Virus record (IMG/VR): IMGVR_UViG_3300036855_000026
Coordinates: 1-58,838 of that record
Direction: 5' to 3' (one strand)
Length of the DNA: 58,838 nucleotides
DNA from: a virus
Lineage: Duplodnaviria; Caudoviricetes
Shown: positions 27,466-35,585 of the stretch, piece by piece
How the letters are laid out: each line of letters starts with the position of its first letter
Position numbering within the stretch: the first letter of the stretch is position 1
The notes under the pieces: model-generated
What the model saw: the letters and a program-made list of their open reading frames with translations, nothing else
Told to the model about the DNA's origin: nothing
The model's database searches: none
Made by a program: the position numbers and the translations under genes

Positions 27466-28407
27466 GTGCTCGGTATAGACCTTTATGGACGATATAACTT
27501 GGTGACAGACTGGCGTTTGGTCGCCGGTGCCGGTGTCCGCGACTGTTACGTGAAACTTTCCGATGGTGGCGGGCCTGCCGCCGTGCGCGGTGATGCCTAC
27601 GTGGCTGGTGCGCGCGCCGCCGGAATCGCGGTCGGCGGCTACCACTACATGCAACCCTCGCCATCACCGGAAGCGCAAGCCGACGTTTTCGCGGCCGAAC
27701 TGACGCGGCTGGGTGCCCTCGACATCGCGCCCGCCCTCGACCTCGAACAGGCCACGATCCCCGCCGCGAGCAGAGTCGACTATGGACGGCGGTTTCTGCT
27801 GCACCTGCAAGCGAAGCTGAACATTTCGCGGGTGGCGGTCTACTCCTCGGCGAGCTGGTTCGCTGCTTTGAAACCGGATGCGTGGGGCGTGCCCGGTCTC
27901 GTGGACTGGGTGGCGCAGTACGGCGTCAACGACGGTGGCGAGCACGCGATCACCTACAGCGTCGGACATGTCGACGTGCACCAGTACACGTCATCGGGCC
28001 ACGTGCCGGGCATCACCGGGTCGGTCGACCTGGACGACGTCCTCGCCGACATCAGCGAACAACCAACCGCAGTCGCAACCGTAGCGGAGGATGACGTGGG
28101 TTTGATCACGGGCGATTGGCCCGCTGGCACAGCACAACGCCACTATCTCGTCTGTCCCATGGGCAGCGTGTCCAGCATCATCGCGCAAGGCTGGTTCTCA
28201 CTGGCCACCGGCTGGGCCAACGCGACCGGGCACATCTGGTTTGTCGGCACCACGGGCGGCAAGGCCAACTATCTGTCCGAAGAGGACTTCACGCTCTCGA
28301 TGAATTGCCGGTCACTGTGGTCACTGCCGGACGGCACCGACCAGATCGGGATTCTTTTCACCTCACCGAATGCGGTCGGCTGGTGCCTGGAAACACAAGC
28401 GAAATAG
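27466..28407 (+). CDS. Endolysin, GH25 muramidase
   Basis: GID, YVKLSDG, GGYHY, PALDLE, HQYTSSGHVPGITGSVDLD; RBS GGAGGTGA. Confidence 0.92.
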   Translation: MLGIDLYGRYNLVTDWRLVAGAGVRDCYVKLSDGGGPAAVRGDAYVAGARAAGIAVGGYHYMQPSPSPEAQADVFAAELTRLGALDIAPALDLEQATIPAASRVDYGRRFLLHLQAKLNISRVAVYSSASWFAALKPDAWGVPGLVDWVAQYGVNDGGEHAITYSVGHVDVHQYTSSGHVPGITGSVDLDDVLADISEQPTAVATVAEDDVGLITGDWPAGTAQRHYLVCPMGSVSSIIAQGWFSLATGWANATGHIWFVGTTGGKANYLSEEDFTLSMNCRSLWSLPDGTDQIGILFTSPNAVGWCLETQAK

Positions 28408-28505
28408 ACGACCCGAATCGGATGATCGAAATGCTCGGTCGTCGGCAGCTCGCCGAACTACTCGCGTACCTGAATACGCGATTTACGAAAATGGAGAAAC
28501 TCATC

Positions 28506-28733
28506 ATGGCCACTCAGGCTGACATTGATGCGATCACGACCGAACTGGGCGGCCTGACCACGCAGCTGGCCGCCGACGACGCCGCGATTCAAGAGGCGCT
28601 CGCCACTCTCGCCGCGCAAGGGGTTGACGTGACCGCCCTCCAGGCTGCCGCGTCCTCGCTGTCTGACACGGTCGCCGCGACCACGGCCCTGGTGCCCGCT
28701 CCGGTGACCCCGCCTGCGCCGCCCAGCGCCTGA
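28506..28733 (+). CDS. Small coiled-coil protein (start may be 28422 or 28431)
   Basis: MATQADIDAITTEL...; RBS GGAG; Pro-rich end. Confidence 0.7.
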   Translation: MATQADIDAITTELGGLTTQLAADDAAIQEALATLAAQGVDVTALQAAASSLSDTVAATTALVPAPVTPPAPPSA

Positions 28734-28827
28734 GCGGACCAGCTAGCGACCCCTACGGCCCGGCCATTGCGACTGGCCACGATCTGACCACTTCCTGACC
28801 TGTTTCTGTCCCGTGCGCACGCACTAG

Positions 28828-28870
28828 AGCCCCCGCCTGCCTGGTCCTGGTGACCGGGTGGACGGGGGCT
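28828..28870. terminator. Long hairpin ending the late operon
   Basis: AGCCCCCG...CGGGGGCT arms between convergent genes. Confidence 0.7.
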
Positions 28871-28924
28871 ATTCGTCTGCTTTAATACCATGTTTCGCTG
28901 TCACCGCTGATCATGTGCGCGTGC

Positions 28925-29110
28925 TCAGCCGTCGCCTTTCTCGATCGCCTTGCCCAGCATGGTATAGACCCCTGCTGTTGTCACGTCACCATCCTTAGCG
29001 GAATCAATGGCGGCCAGACGCAATTCTTCGAGGTTTTTCTTCTGCTGAGCTTTCTGTTCAGGCGTCAACTCTGTCACGTCGAATTCCCTTTTCTGCTGCT
29101 GGTACGCCAT
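28925..29110 (-). CDS. Small charged hypothetical protein
   Basis: MAYQQQKREFDVTELTPEQK...; upstream GAAGAAAC. Confidence 0.6.
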   Translation of the reverse strand: MAYQQQKREFDVTELTPEQKAQQKKNLEELRLAAIDSAKDGDVTTAGVYTMLGKAIEKGDG

Positions 29111-30039
29111 GTTTCTTCGAGATCGGGTCGGTGCTGGGCCGCATAGGTGACTTGCTGACATATCTGCTCGTCCCGATCGGACAACCCCGTGTCGTGATTC
29201 ATATAGGTAGCGGTGTAAACGTTCGCCCATAGGTTAATGTCGCGCCATTCGCGGAATCGTTTCTGTGCCGTGGCACCCGATATGCGAAAGCGTGGCGGCA
29301 GATCGCCCCATTTACACTCGTTGATGAGAACGTAAATGATCGCCGCGTAAGTTCTCCGGTCCTCCCGTGGGCGGCCAGACTGCTGCACGGGAACGAACGG
29401 CTTGACGAACGCCCACAAGTCGCCGGAGCACACGTCGACCGATGTCCAGTTGAGACGATGCTGCCGTGCCATTTCGACCCGTGCGGCCTCACACAGTGCC
29501 GCGAGCCGTCCCGCCGTCGCCGCGTCCACCACGAGCGCCACGCGTCCGCCCCCGGCATGGCTGAGTTCGAGGGTCGCGTGCGTGTCCCTCGCCGGGTCCA
29601 CGCTTACCTCCATCACAGTGCCACTGTCCAGCCGGATGCGCCTCATTTTCTGCTGCGTGCTCATGTCGACCCCTTTCAGACTGCCGCCCTGTCGCATCTC
29701 GACTCCCGCCGCGACGAGGTTATTGCGAATCGCGGAGAGAGACCCCTTGGTGTCCGCTTCTATGTCTCGCAGAGTTTCCCCCGCGCGGTAGCGCGTTACG
29801 AGCTCCGCAACTTCGGTGGTGCTGAAGGAGTGTGGCGGCTTACGTGTCGTGCAGTGCTGCTTATCCCAGTCATCTACAAAGGACTCAAGTTCCGCCAAGG
29901 TCATCCCGTTTCGAGCTACATTGTTCCCGCGCAGGGTGCAATACCATTCGTCGTTTTTGCGGTAGGAGGTGGACTGGAACCCCCGGGTCGCTAGTCGACC
30001 TTTGAGCTTCTGGAACCGGCTTGCGCGCGCGGTCAGCAT
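29074..30039 (-). CDS. HTH protein fused to an IS5-type transposase N-terminal (DUF4096-like) domain, no DDE domain
   Basis: YRAGETLRDI...SAIRNNLVAAGVEMR; LWAFVKPFVP..GRPRED..AAIIYVL..C.W.DLP..SGATAQKRFREW. Confidence 0.7.
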   Translation of the reverse strand: MLTARASRFQKLKGRLATRGFQSTSYRKNDEWYCTLRGNNVARNGMTLAELESFVDDWDKQHCTTRKPPHSFSTTEVAELVTRYRAGETLRDIEADTKGSLSAIRNNLVAAGVEMRQGGSLKGVDMSTQQKMRRIRLDSGTVMEVSVDPARDTHATLELSHAGGGRVALVVDAATAGRLAALCEAARVEMARQHRLNWTSVDVCSGDLWAFVKPFVPVQQSGRPREDRRTYAAIIYVLINECKWGDLPPRFRISGATAQKRFREWRDINLWANVYTATYMNHDTGLSDRDEQICQQVTYAAQHRPDLEETWRTSSRKGNST

Positions 30040-30076
30040 TACCTTCCCCCTTTGGTTTTCTCGTGGACACGAACAA

Positions 30077-30134
30077 CTGGGCAGGGCCCCGTGACGTGAT
30101 CCCCTGCGCGATGGCGGTCACTGGCCCTGCCCAG
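30077..30134. terminator. Hairpin (terminator or attenuator)
   Basis: CTGGGCAGGGCC/GGCCCTGCCCAG 12-bp arms plus inner GTGAC/GTCAC. Confidence 0.6.
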
Positions 30135-30201
30135 CTTTTAGTACATCAGTACATCAGTAGACCGTCTGGCGTCATCACATGATCACCCCCCTTCGCTCCA
30201 T

Positions 30202-30223
30202 TGTGGTCAGTCGCGGTCGGGTG
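30202..30223. repeat. 22-bp direct repeat, copy 1
   Basis: TGTGGTCAGTCGCGGTCGGGTG, identical at 31175-31196. Confidence 0.9.
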
Positions 30224-30236
30224 TGACGCGCTCGCC

Positions 30237-31064
30237 CTACTGCGTCACGAGGTTTGCCCGCTCCACGCGCCATGCCTCGGACACGATCCACGGCAGATAG
30301 TCAGTCACGCTGACATCGACACCCGTGTCACCACGGCAGCCACTCGGCCCGGTGGGGTTCGCGTCGCCGTCACGACTGACCGACCCGGCCAGGAACCAGC
30401 GTCCGAAGTGGCGTACTAGCACGGGACTTCCGGAGTCACCCGCGCACTGCTGGCCGCCGTTCTCCGCAGGGCCGTTACAGAATTCGCTCGGGTGGATCAT
30501 CCCGCCGGTACACAAGTTGGACGCCACCACCCGAGTGTCCAACTGTTGCAACGTGGTGGGCAAGGTAGCCCGGGTGCACGCGCTCGGCTCGACGGTGCAA
30601 CCGAAACCGATGCTCCGTACCTGGTCACCAGGCGCGGGCTTGCGCAAGGTGATTGGGATCGGCTCGTACGGCACGGAACGCGTGAGCCTCAAGAGCGCGA
30701 TGTCGCCATCGGCCGTGTCCTCGTTCCACTGCGGATTGACGATGATCTCGCTTACCCCCGTGACGGTGCCACCGGCCGTGTCGCTGTTCGAGCCAACCCG
30801 GACGTGCAGCTGTGCCGCAGTGATCGGCTCCTCTTTCAATCCCACGCAGTCAGCCCCGGTTACCACGAGATCGTGCGTGATCAGCGATGCGCCGCAGGTG
30901 AAATGATCCACGCCGCCAACGATGATGCTCAGCGACGCCATAAACGGGTACTGCTGTGTGGCCGGTTGACCACCTACGATCGCGTTAGCCGGTCCCGCGA
31001 TCAGCGCCGTACCCACCATCGCCGCGCCAATGACGGAGGCGGCGGCGACTAATTTTCTGCGCAT
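30237..31064 (-). CDS. Secreted trypsin-like (S1) protease homologue with catalytic His replaced by Asp
   Basis: Signal peptide ...PANA|IVGG, CGASLI, TGADC in place of TAAHC, DIALLRL, GDSGSP. Confidence 0.92.
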   Translation of the reverse strand: MRRKLVAAASVIGAAMVGTALIAGPANAIVGGQPATQQYPFMASLSIIVGGVDHFTCGASLITHDLVVTGADCVGLKEEPITAAQLHVRVGSNSDTAGGTVTGVSEIIVNPQWNEDTADGDIALLRLTRSVPYEPIPITLRKPAPGDQVRSIGFGCTVEPSACTRATLPTTLQQLDTRVVASNLCTGGMIHPSEFCNGPAENGGQQCAGDSGSPVLVRHFGRWFLAGSVSRDGDANPTGPSGCRGDTGVDVSVTDYLPWIVSEAWRVERANLVTQ

Positions 31065-31171
31065 GCCCTACCTTTCAATTTTTGTTACGCCAGAACGGTT
31101 TCCTGGCGGCCTGGTCGATCCGCTGGTGAGGTGCGGGGCCGTCAACCCCTGCTCGAACCGGCGGAACGCTG

Positions 31172-31459
31172 CTATGTGGTCAGTCGCGGTCGGGTGGTCG
31201 GTGTGCGCAGCTCGAACGCTCGCGCGAGTACCGGTGGGACAATGGGCGCGGTTGGCGTGTCGGCCCGCTTCTGGCACTGCGCAACGGTGAGTTGATGATC
31301 GTTGCCACCGATGCGGCTCCCGGACACCTCCTCGCCGTAGAAGGCATGTTCGCCGCGAGCCTTGCGCCACCGGAACATGATGCCCAGCACGAACCCGCCC
31401 GCGAACACCAGCGGGACAACGAGGAAATACCAGTCAAGGTTGATCAGGATCGGGGGCAT
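31172..31459 (-). CDS. Small single-TM protein
   Basis: WYFLVVPLVFAGGFVLGIMFRWRK; RBS GAAGGGA. Confidence 0.7.
   Translation of the reverse strand: MPPILINLDWYFLVVPLVFAGGFVLGIMFRWRKARGEHAFYGEEVSGSRIGGNDHQLTVAQCQKRADTPTAPIVPPVLARAFELRTPTTRPRLTT
31175..31196. repeat. 22-bp direct repeat, copy 2
   Basis: Identical to 30202-30223. Confidence 0.9.
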
Positions 31460-31685
31460 CGATGGTGGCAGTCCCTTCGGGAATGATCAAGTTGTTTCGC
31501 TGGAGATGCTGGGCGTGTGTCGAGAGCATCATGGACAGTCCCGCGCAGATCCTCGCCAGGTTCGAGTATTCGTCCACGGACAGGTCCGCGCGGCAGAGCT
31601 GGTGGGCAGCGTTGGCCAGCACGCGCACCGCGTCCAACAGATAGCCTCTGATCGCGGTGGGGGTTTCCGACTCGGACTCGCTCAT
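31434..31685 (-). CDS. Hypothetical helical protein
   Basis: ATGA coupling with upstream gene. Confidence 0.6.
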   Translation of the reverse strand: MSESESETPTAIRGYLLDAVRVLANAAHQLCRADLSVDEYSNLARICAGLSMMLSTHAQHLQRNNLIIPEGTATIDAPDPDQP

Positions 31686-32092
31686 CGTCCCGCGCTCACC
31701 GCGTCAACCACGTTGGCCACGAATTCGCGCAGCGCGCGGTTTGCTCGCTCAAAGTCGGGGCCGTAGGGCGCCATGTGCTGGCGCTCGTGTACCGCCATGT
31801 AGGAACCGCCTGCTTTCAGGCATTCGAGCGCTGTCCCGCGCAGGAATTGCAGCGCGTTCCCGGGCACCAAAGGATCTTCGATCGCGTGCGGTTTCGCGGT
31901 CAGGTAGGCGACCGCCGTGTCTTCGCTGATCGCGGCGATTACTACCGCCCAAAAGCGTCGCTGATACAAGGCGTAGAACGGCAGCGGGCCACCGCCCGGC
32001 GCCCGCGCGACAGTCCACTTGGGCTCAGCCAGGGAGCGCGTCAAGTCGTTCAGCCGTAGGTCGATGTCCGCGTGCGCTGTCAGGTCGGTCAT
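31682..32092 (-). CDS. Hypothetical protein
   Basis: RBS GAGG before MTDLTAHAD. Confidence 0.65.
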   Translation of the reverse strand: MTDLTAHADIDLRLNDLTRSLAEPKWTVARAPGGGPLPFYALYQRRFWAVVIAAISEDTAVAYLTAKPHAIEDPLVPGNALQFLRGTALECLKAGGSYMAVHERQHMAPYGPDFERANRALREFVANVVDAVSAGR

Positions 32093-32314
32093 GGGCGGTG
32101 CCTCGTGTCGGTTGTGAGCGGAGGTTGAGCGGCTGGGCCGCAACGGCGGGCAACGATCAGTGGTTGGTGCATGGGAAGTGCCGCGCATCGGACGTGACAC
32201 CTTTTCGACCGTCGCCCGCCGTGCGGGTCCGTGGGGGTGTGATCGGACGCTGGGCGCGCGGCGGGGGGTCTCGGGGGAAGAGTCACCAGATCGGGGCTGG
32301 CGCTCGCACACCCC

Positions 32315-32447
32315 CGCCACGCGCGTCTATGGGCCGTACGGCGGGGGGCGTGACCCAGGGGCGATTGCGAGACCCTGGCGCCCCGGACGAGGAACGCCGC
32401 CGCGTCCGGGTCGCTGCCCCCCGCCGTACGGGGTTCGGTGGCGTGGC
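32315..32447. other. Multi-stem structured intergenic element
   Basis: 16-bp perfect inverted repeat 32334-32349/32416-32431 enclosing two hairpins. Confidence 0.55.
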
Positions 32448-32450
32448 CGG

Positions 32451-32663
32451 TCACGTGGGCCACGCAGGCGAGTCGGCGCGCCGCACGAGGGCGTCACCGA
32501 CCCGTAAGAGGTGCTGGCCGACCTGGCGGAGCAGGTCAAGCGGTAGCTCAGGCTCTAGCTCGGGAATGATCATCATGTCTTGGACGGTGACGGTCAGCGC
32601 GTAGTCGATGCCGATGTGCGCCCCGGCGAGACGCGCGATCAGCCGGTGATCATCGACGGTCAT
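32451..32663 (-). CDS. Hypothetical protein
   Basis: RBS GGAGG; ATGA coupling. Confidence 0.65.
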   Translation of the reverse strand: MTVDDHRLIARLAGAHIGIDYALTVTVQDMMIIPELEPELPLDLLRQVGQHLLRVGDALVRRADSPAWPT

Positions 32664-32875
32664 CGGTGCGCCTCCCATGCGGTGATCACCGTCGGCGGGG
32701 TGCCGGGTGCCCACACGGACACGGGGTTGGCTTCGATCAGCGCGTTGACGTCGGCGCGTTCGAGGCGCTCAAGCTCGGCTTGCCGGTCGCGGTCCCATCG
32801 GAAGATGAGCAGGACGCTGGCAACCAGCAGGGTCACCATGAGCGCGAGCGCCCCCCAAATCAGCACGTCACCCAT
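32660..32875 (-). CDS. Small membrane protein
   Basis: MGDVLIWGALALMVTLLVASVLLIFRW; RBS GAGGGG. Confidence 0.65.
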   Translation of the reverse strand: MGDVLIWGALALMVTLLVASVLLIFRWDRDRQAELERLERADVNALIEANPVSVWAPGTPPTVITAWEAHR

Positions 32876-33218
32876 GACCACCCCTCGGGGTCGTGGTCGC
32901 AGAGCTGAGCGCACGGCCTGATCAGGCCAGTGACCAGGGCGAATCTGTGTTGAACCGTCCTCACGCGAGCCTCCCAACCCGATCGCGAACAGGGCGACGG
33001 CACCCGCCATAGCGCGCCAACGAACCCGCCGCCCTGCTTCCTGACATGCCGATCTATGCAGCGTGCGAGCGCGCAGGTCCGTTGCAACCCGCCCGGTGTG
33101 GACCGCTACCCTTGACCGGCACGGTTGAGACGTTATCGTTTGTGCCGCTCAAACGTCCTGGTGCAAACGGGTGAATCTCGCTATGAGCGGCGCGACTCTC
33201 TGTGGTTAGGTTGGGTGC

Positions 33219-34049
33219 ATGGCAGTGGGTACGACACGCGGGAAGCGGCGTTTGGGTCGGTTCGTGAAACCGATCCGGATCCGCTCTGGGTTGAAGCCAG
33301 AGACTGTGGCCACGTTGGCCCGGTGCTCGCGGCAGACTGTGACGCGTCTGGAGTCCGGCGACAATTTGCCGCGCATCCACCTCTTTATGAAGCTCTTGGA
33401 CGTCATCAACGCGACCGACGCCGAGAGCGAAAAGGCTTTGGAACTGTGGGAAGTCGCCGACGCCAGCATGTCGTCGATCGAGCGCGCGCACGACCTGCCC
33501 GGCAAGTACCTTCGATTCCGGCTGGACGAAAGCGAAGCGATCGAAGAAAGAACGCTCGACGGATCGATGATCCCGGGCATGCTCCAGACTCCTGACTACG
33601 CGTTCGCTAGCTCTCGCCGCGTGCAAAGTAGTCATTCGGCCGATGAGCGTCGCGAACGTCAGCAGTTGCTTACGCGTGAGGTCAATCCGCTCCGCTTGCA
33701 CGCACTCATTGACGAGGCGGCATTGCGGCGACTGGTCGGTGGTCCCGGTGTCATGAGTGCCCAGTGTGATCACCTGTTGCGAATGGGCAGACGGCCCAAC
33801 ATCACGATTCAGGTCATACCGTTTGAGCTCGGCGCTTACGGTGCCATAGGTCCCGTGGTCTTCTTGAGCTTTCCGGAAAAGGATGAGCCGGTTTCGCTCT
33901 ATGTGGACGGCGTGACATCCATGCAAACGGTGGTAGACCCCACGGATGTGTCGGCGCTTTCGGCTGTGTGGAACGAGGTCGCTGACGCTGCTCCATCGGC
34001 CGAACGGTCGGCGGAGATCATCCAGTCAATGAAGGATTCACTGAGTTAA
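33219..34049 (+). CDS. XRE HTH regulator with DUF5753 domain (WhiJ/Scr1-like)
   Basis: RRLGR..IRIRSGL...VTRLESG; IPGMLQTPDYA; LIDEAALRRLVGG..VM; NITIQVIPF. Confidence 0.93.
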   Translation: MAVGTTRGKRRLGRFVKPIRIRSGLKPETVATLARCSRQTVTRLESGDNLPRIHLFMKLLDVINATDAESEKALELWEVADASMSSIERAHDLPGKYLRFRLDESEAIEERTLDGSMIPGMLQTPDYAFASSRRVQSSHSADERRERQQLLTREVNPLRLHALIDEAALRRLVGGPGVMSAQCDHLLRMGRRPNITIQVIPFELGAYGAIGPVVFLSFPEKDEPVSLYVDGVTSMQTVVDPTDVSALSAVWNEVADAAPSAERSAEIIQSMKDSLS

Positions 34050-34051
34050 TC

Positions 34052-34249
34052 ATGGACGACAAACCGCGAATCTGGCGCAAGAGTAGCCGTAGCAACAATC
34101 CGAACCAGTCCTGTGTCGAGCTGTCCGTTGCTCCGACCAGGACATTCGTCCGCGACACCAAGAACAGGGCCGGTGGGATGCTCGAATTCGGTGCTGAGCA
34201 CTGGGCAGAGTTCCTGACCATGGCAAAGAACGCGAAGCCGATCAACTAG
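34052..34249 (+). CDS. DUF397 protein (Scr2-like)
   Basis: WRKSSRS...CVEL...VRDTKN..GG.LEF...W..FL. Confidence 0.95.
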   Translation: MDDKPRIWRKSSRSNNPNQSCVELSVAPTRTFVRDTKNRAGGMLEFGAEHWAEFLTMAKNAKPIN

Positions 34250-34256
34250 CCGCCCT

Positions 34257-34307
34257 AGCACGGGACCCTGGTCACTCCCCACTCGAATGGGACCAGGGTC
34301 CCGTGCT
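34257..34307. terminator. Bidirectional terminator hairpin
   Basis: 17-bp perfect IR AGCACGGGACCCTGGTC/GACCAGGGTCCCGTGCT between convergent genes. Confidence 0.8.
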
Positions 34308-34356
34308 GTGCCGCACAAGTAGCCCCGCTCCGGCCACCAGGCGACCACGTCTGTTG

Positions 34357-34530
34357 CTAGGGCGGCGTGCCCGCCGACTCCGGCACCCGGCACCACGGAC
34401 ACCGCTCAGTCCGGACCTCGATGTCCCGCATCCTGACCAGCGTGCGACGCCACACCCGCACCGCCGCGACGATCAACGCCGCCAGTTCGACTTCCAGCAC
34501 GATCAGGCTCACCGCCGCCAAGATCATCAT
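34357..34530 (-). CDS. Small membrane protein with CxxC
   Basis: Hydrophobic N-terminus, CPWC; ATGA coupling. Confidence 0.55.
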   Translation of the reverse strand: MMILAAVSLIVLEVELAALIVAAVRVWRRTLVRMRDIEVRTERCPWCRVPESAGTPP

Positions 34531-34865
34531 TTGCGCACGGCCTCGTCCGCAGCCATCAGGTTCGCTTGCAGCTCCATGAAGCTCTGATGGTGTGCCTCGA
34601 ACACCCTGTCCGCGTCCGGGGCGAGCGTGCACAGTGCCACCATGGCCGCCGTGATCAACCCGCACACTTGCGCGATCACCGGGTCCTGATTCCAGACGTT
34701 GCCCTCACGTGTCCTCCACCAGTCCCGATAGGACTCGGCGACCGCCCCCACCTGCGTCGTGAGTTCGATCATCTGGGAACCGAACGGCGTGTCCGACAAC
34801 GGACTCATCGTGTCACGGCGGAAGTTCGCTACCCGGTCCACGTCCGCCCACTGTTCCATGTTCAT
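34527..34865 (-). CDS. MazG-like protein with degenerate acidic motif
   Basis: LTTQVGAVAE...QVCGLITAAMVAL...DADRVF follows the actinophage MazG-like pattern. Confidence 0.55.
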   Translation of the reverse strand: MNMEQWADVDRVANFRRDTMSPLSDTPFGSQMIELTTQVGAVAESYRDWWRTREGNVWNQDPVIAQVCGLITAAMVALCTLAPDADRVFEAHHQSFMELQANLMAADEAVRK

Positions 34866-35293
34866 CGCAGCCCCCTGCCCACAGTGTTCGCGACCCGGCG
34901 GAAACCGGGCTCGTCATAGCGGATCGCGAGTAACTGCGCGACCATCGCCGTCTCATGTGGACCGCCGTGCGGGACAGGGTGCGCACACATCATCGTCCAC
35001 CGTGGTAGCTCGATGACGTTGCCGCTGTAGCCGTACTCCAGACGGAACAGGCCACCGGACGAACCGCGCACGAGAACGAAATGGTTGGCGCCGTAGAACG
35101 TCCGGTCATCGTCGGTGAGCAGGCTCGCCCAGACCGCCCGCGACCGGGCCTGTTCCGCGAGCCATTCTAGGTCACTGTCACGCGGGCATCCGAGCATCCG
35201 ATAGCTCCGCGCGAGCACGTCTTGCAGATTGACGGATGCGTTGTCGAGCGGCTCGAAACCGTCCGGCCGAAACCATCTCGCGAAAGGATCCAT
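34862..35293 (-). CDS. Hypothetical protein with CAHP motif
   Basis: LLTDDDR..FVLVRGSSG..FRL..GYSGNV..CAHP..AQLLAIRYDEPGFRRVAN. Confidence 0.75.
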   Translation of the reverse strand: MDPFARWFRPDGFEPLDNASVNLQDVLARSYRMLGCPRDSDLEWLAEQARSRAVWASLLTDDDRTFYGANHFVLVRGSSGGLFRLEYGYSGNVIELPRWTMMCAHPVPHGGPHETAMVAQLLAIRYDEPGFRRVANTVGRGLR

Positions 35294-35297
35294 GGTG

Positions 35298-35582
35298 TCA
35301 GCCGCCCGTCAAGGGCGCGGTATAGAGGATGCGGGGCACCGTCTCATCGAAACGGTGCAACTGCGTTCCGCCCACGTTGTCGGCGTCCGGCGCGTACGCC
35401 AGGAACCCTTGTCCGCCAGGGCCCGCAAGCGACGTGAACATGGCCTGCGCGGCGATCACCTCATCGGGAACGGTGGTACGCCACGTGAGTGTCTTCCCGT
35501 CCGGGCATTCCATGATGTGAATCTCTTCGGCGTCCGCGATGAACATGATGTCAAGGTCAGGCTCAGCAAGTGTGGCAGTCAT
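35298..35582 (-). CDS. Small protein with C-terminal Gly-Gly
   Basis: 94 aa ending RILYTAPLTGG-stop; RBS GAAGGGA. Confidence 0.8.
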   Translation of the reverse strand: MTATLAEPDLDIMFIADAEEIHIMECPDGKTLTWRTTVPDEVIAAQAMFTSLAGPGGQGFLAYAPDADNVGGTQLHRFDETVPRILYTAPLTGG

Positions 35583-35585
35583 TGA

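Noticed and set aside
29074-29480. Active IS5 insertion sequence
   Set aside because: No DDE catalytic domain, terminal inverted repeats or target duplication found.
31065-31171. Riboswitch upstream of the protease-like gene
   Set aside because: Hairpins are present but I could not match any known aptamer consensus such as c-di-AMP/ydaO.
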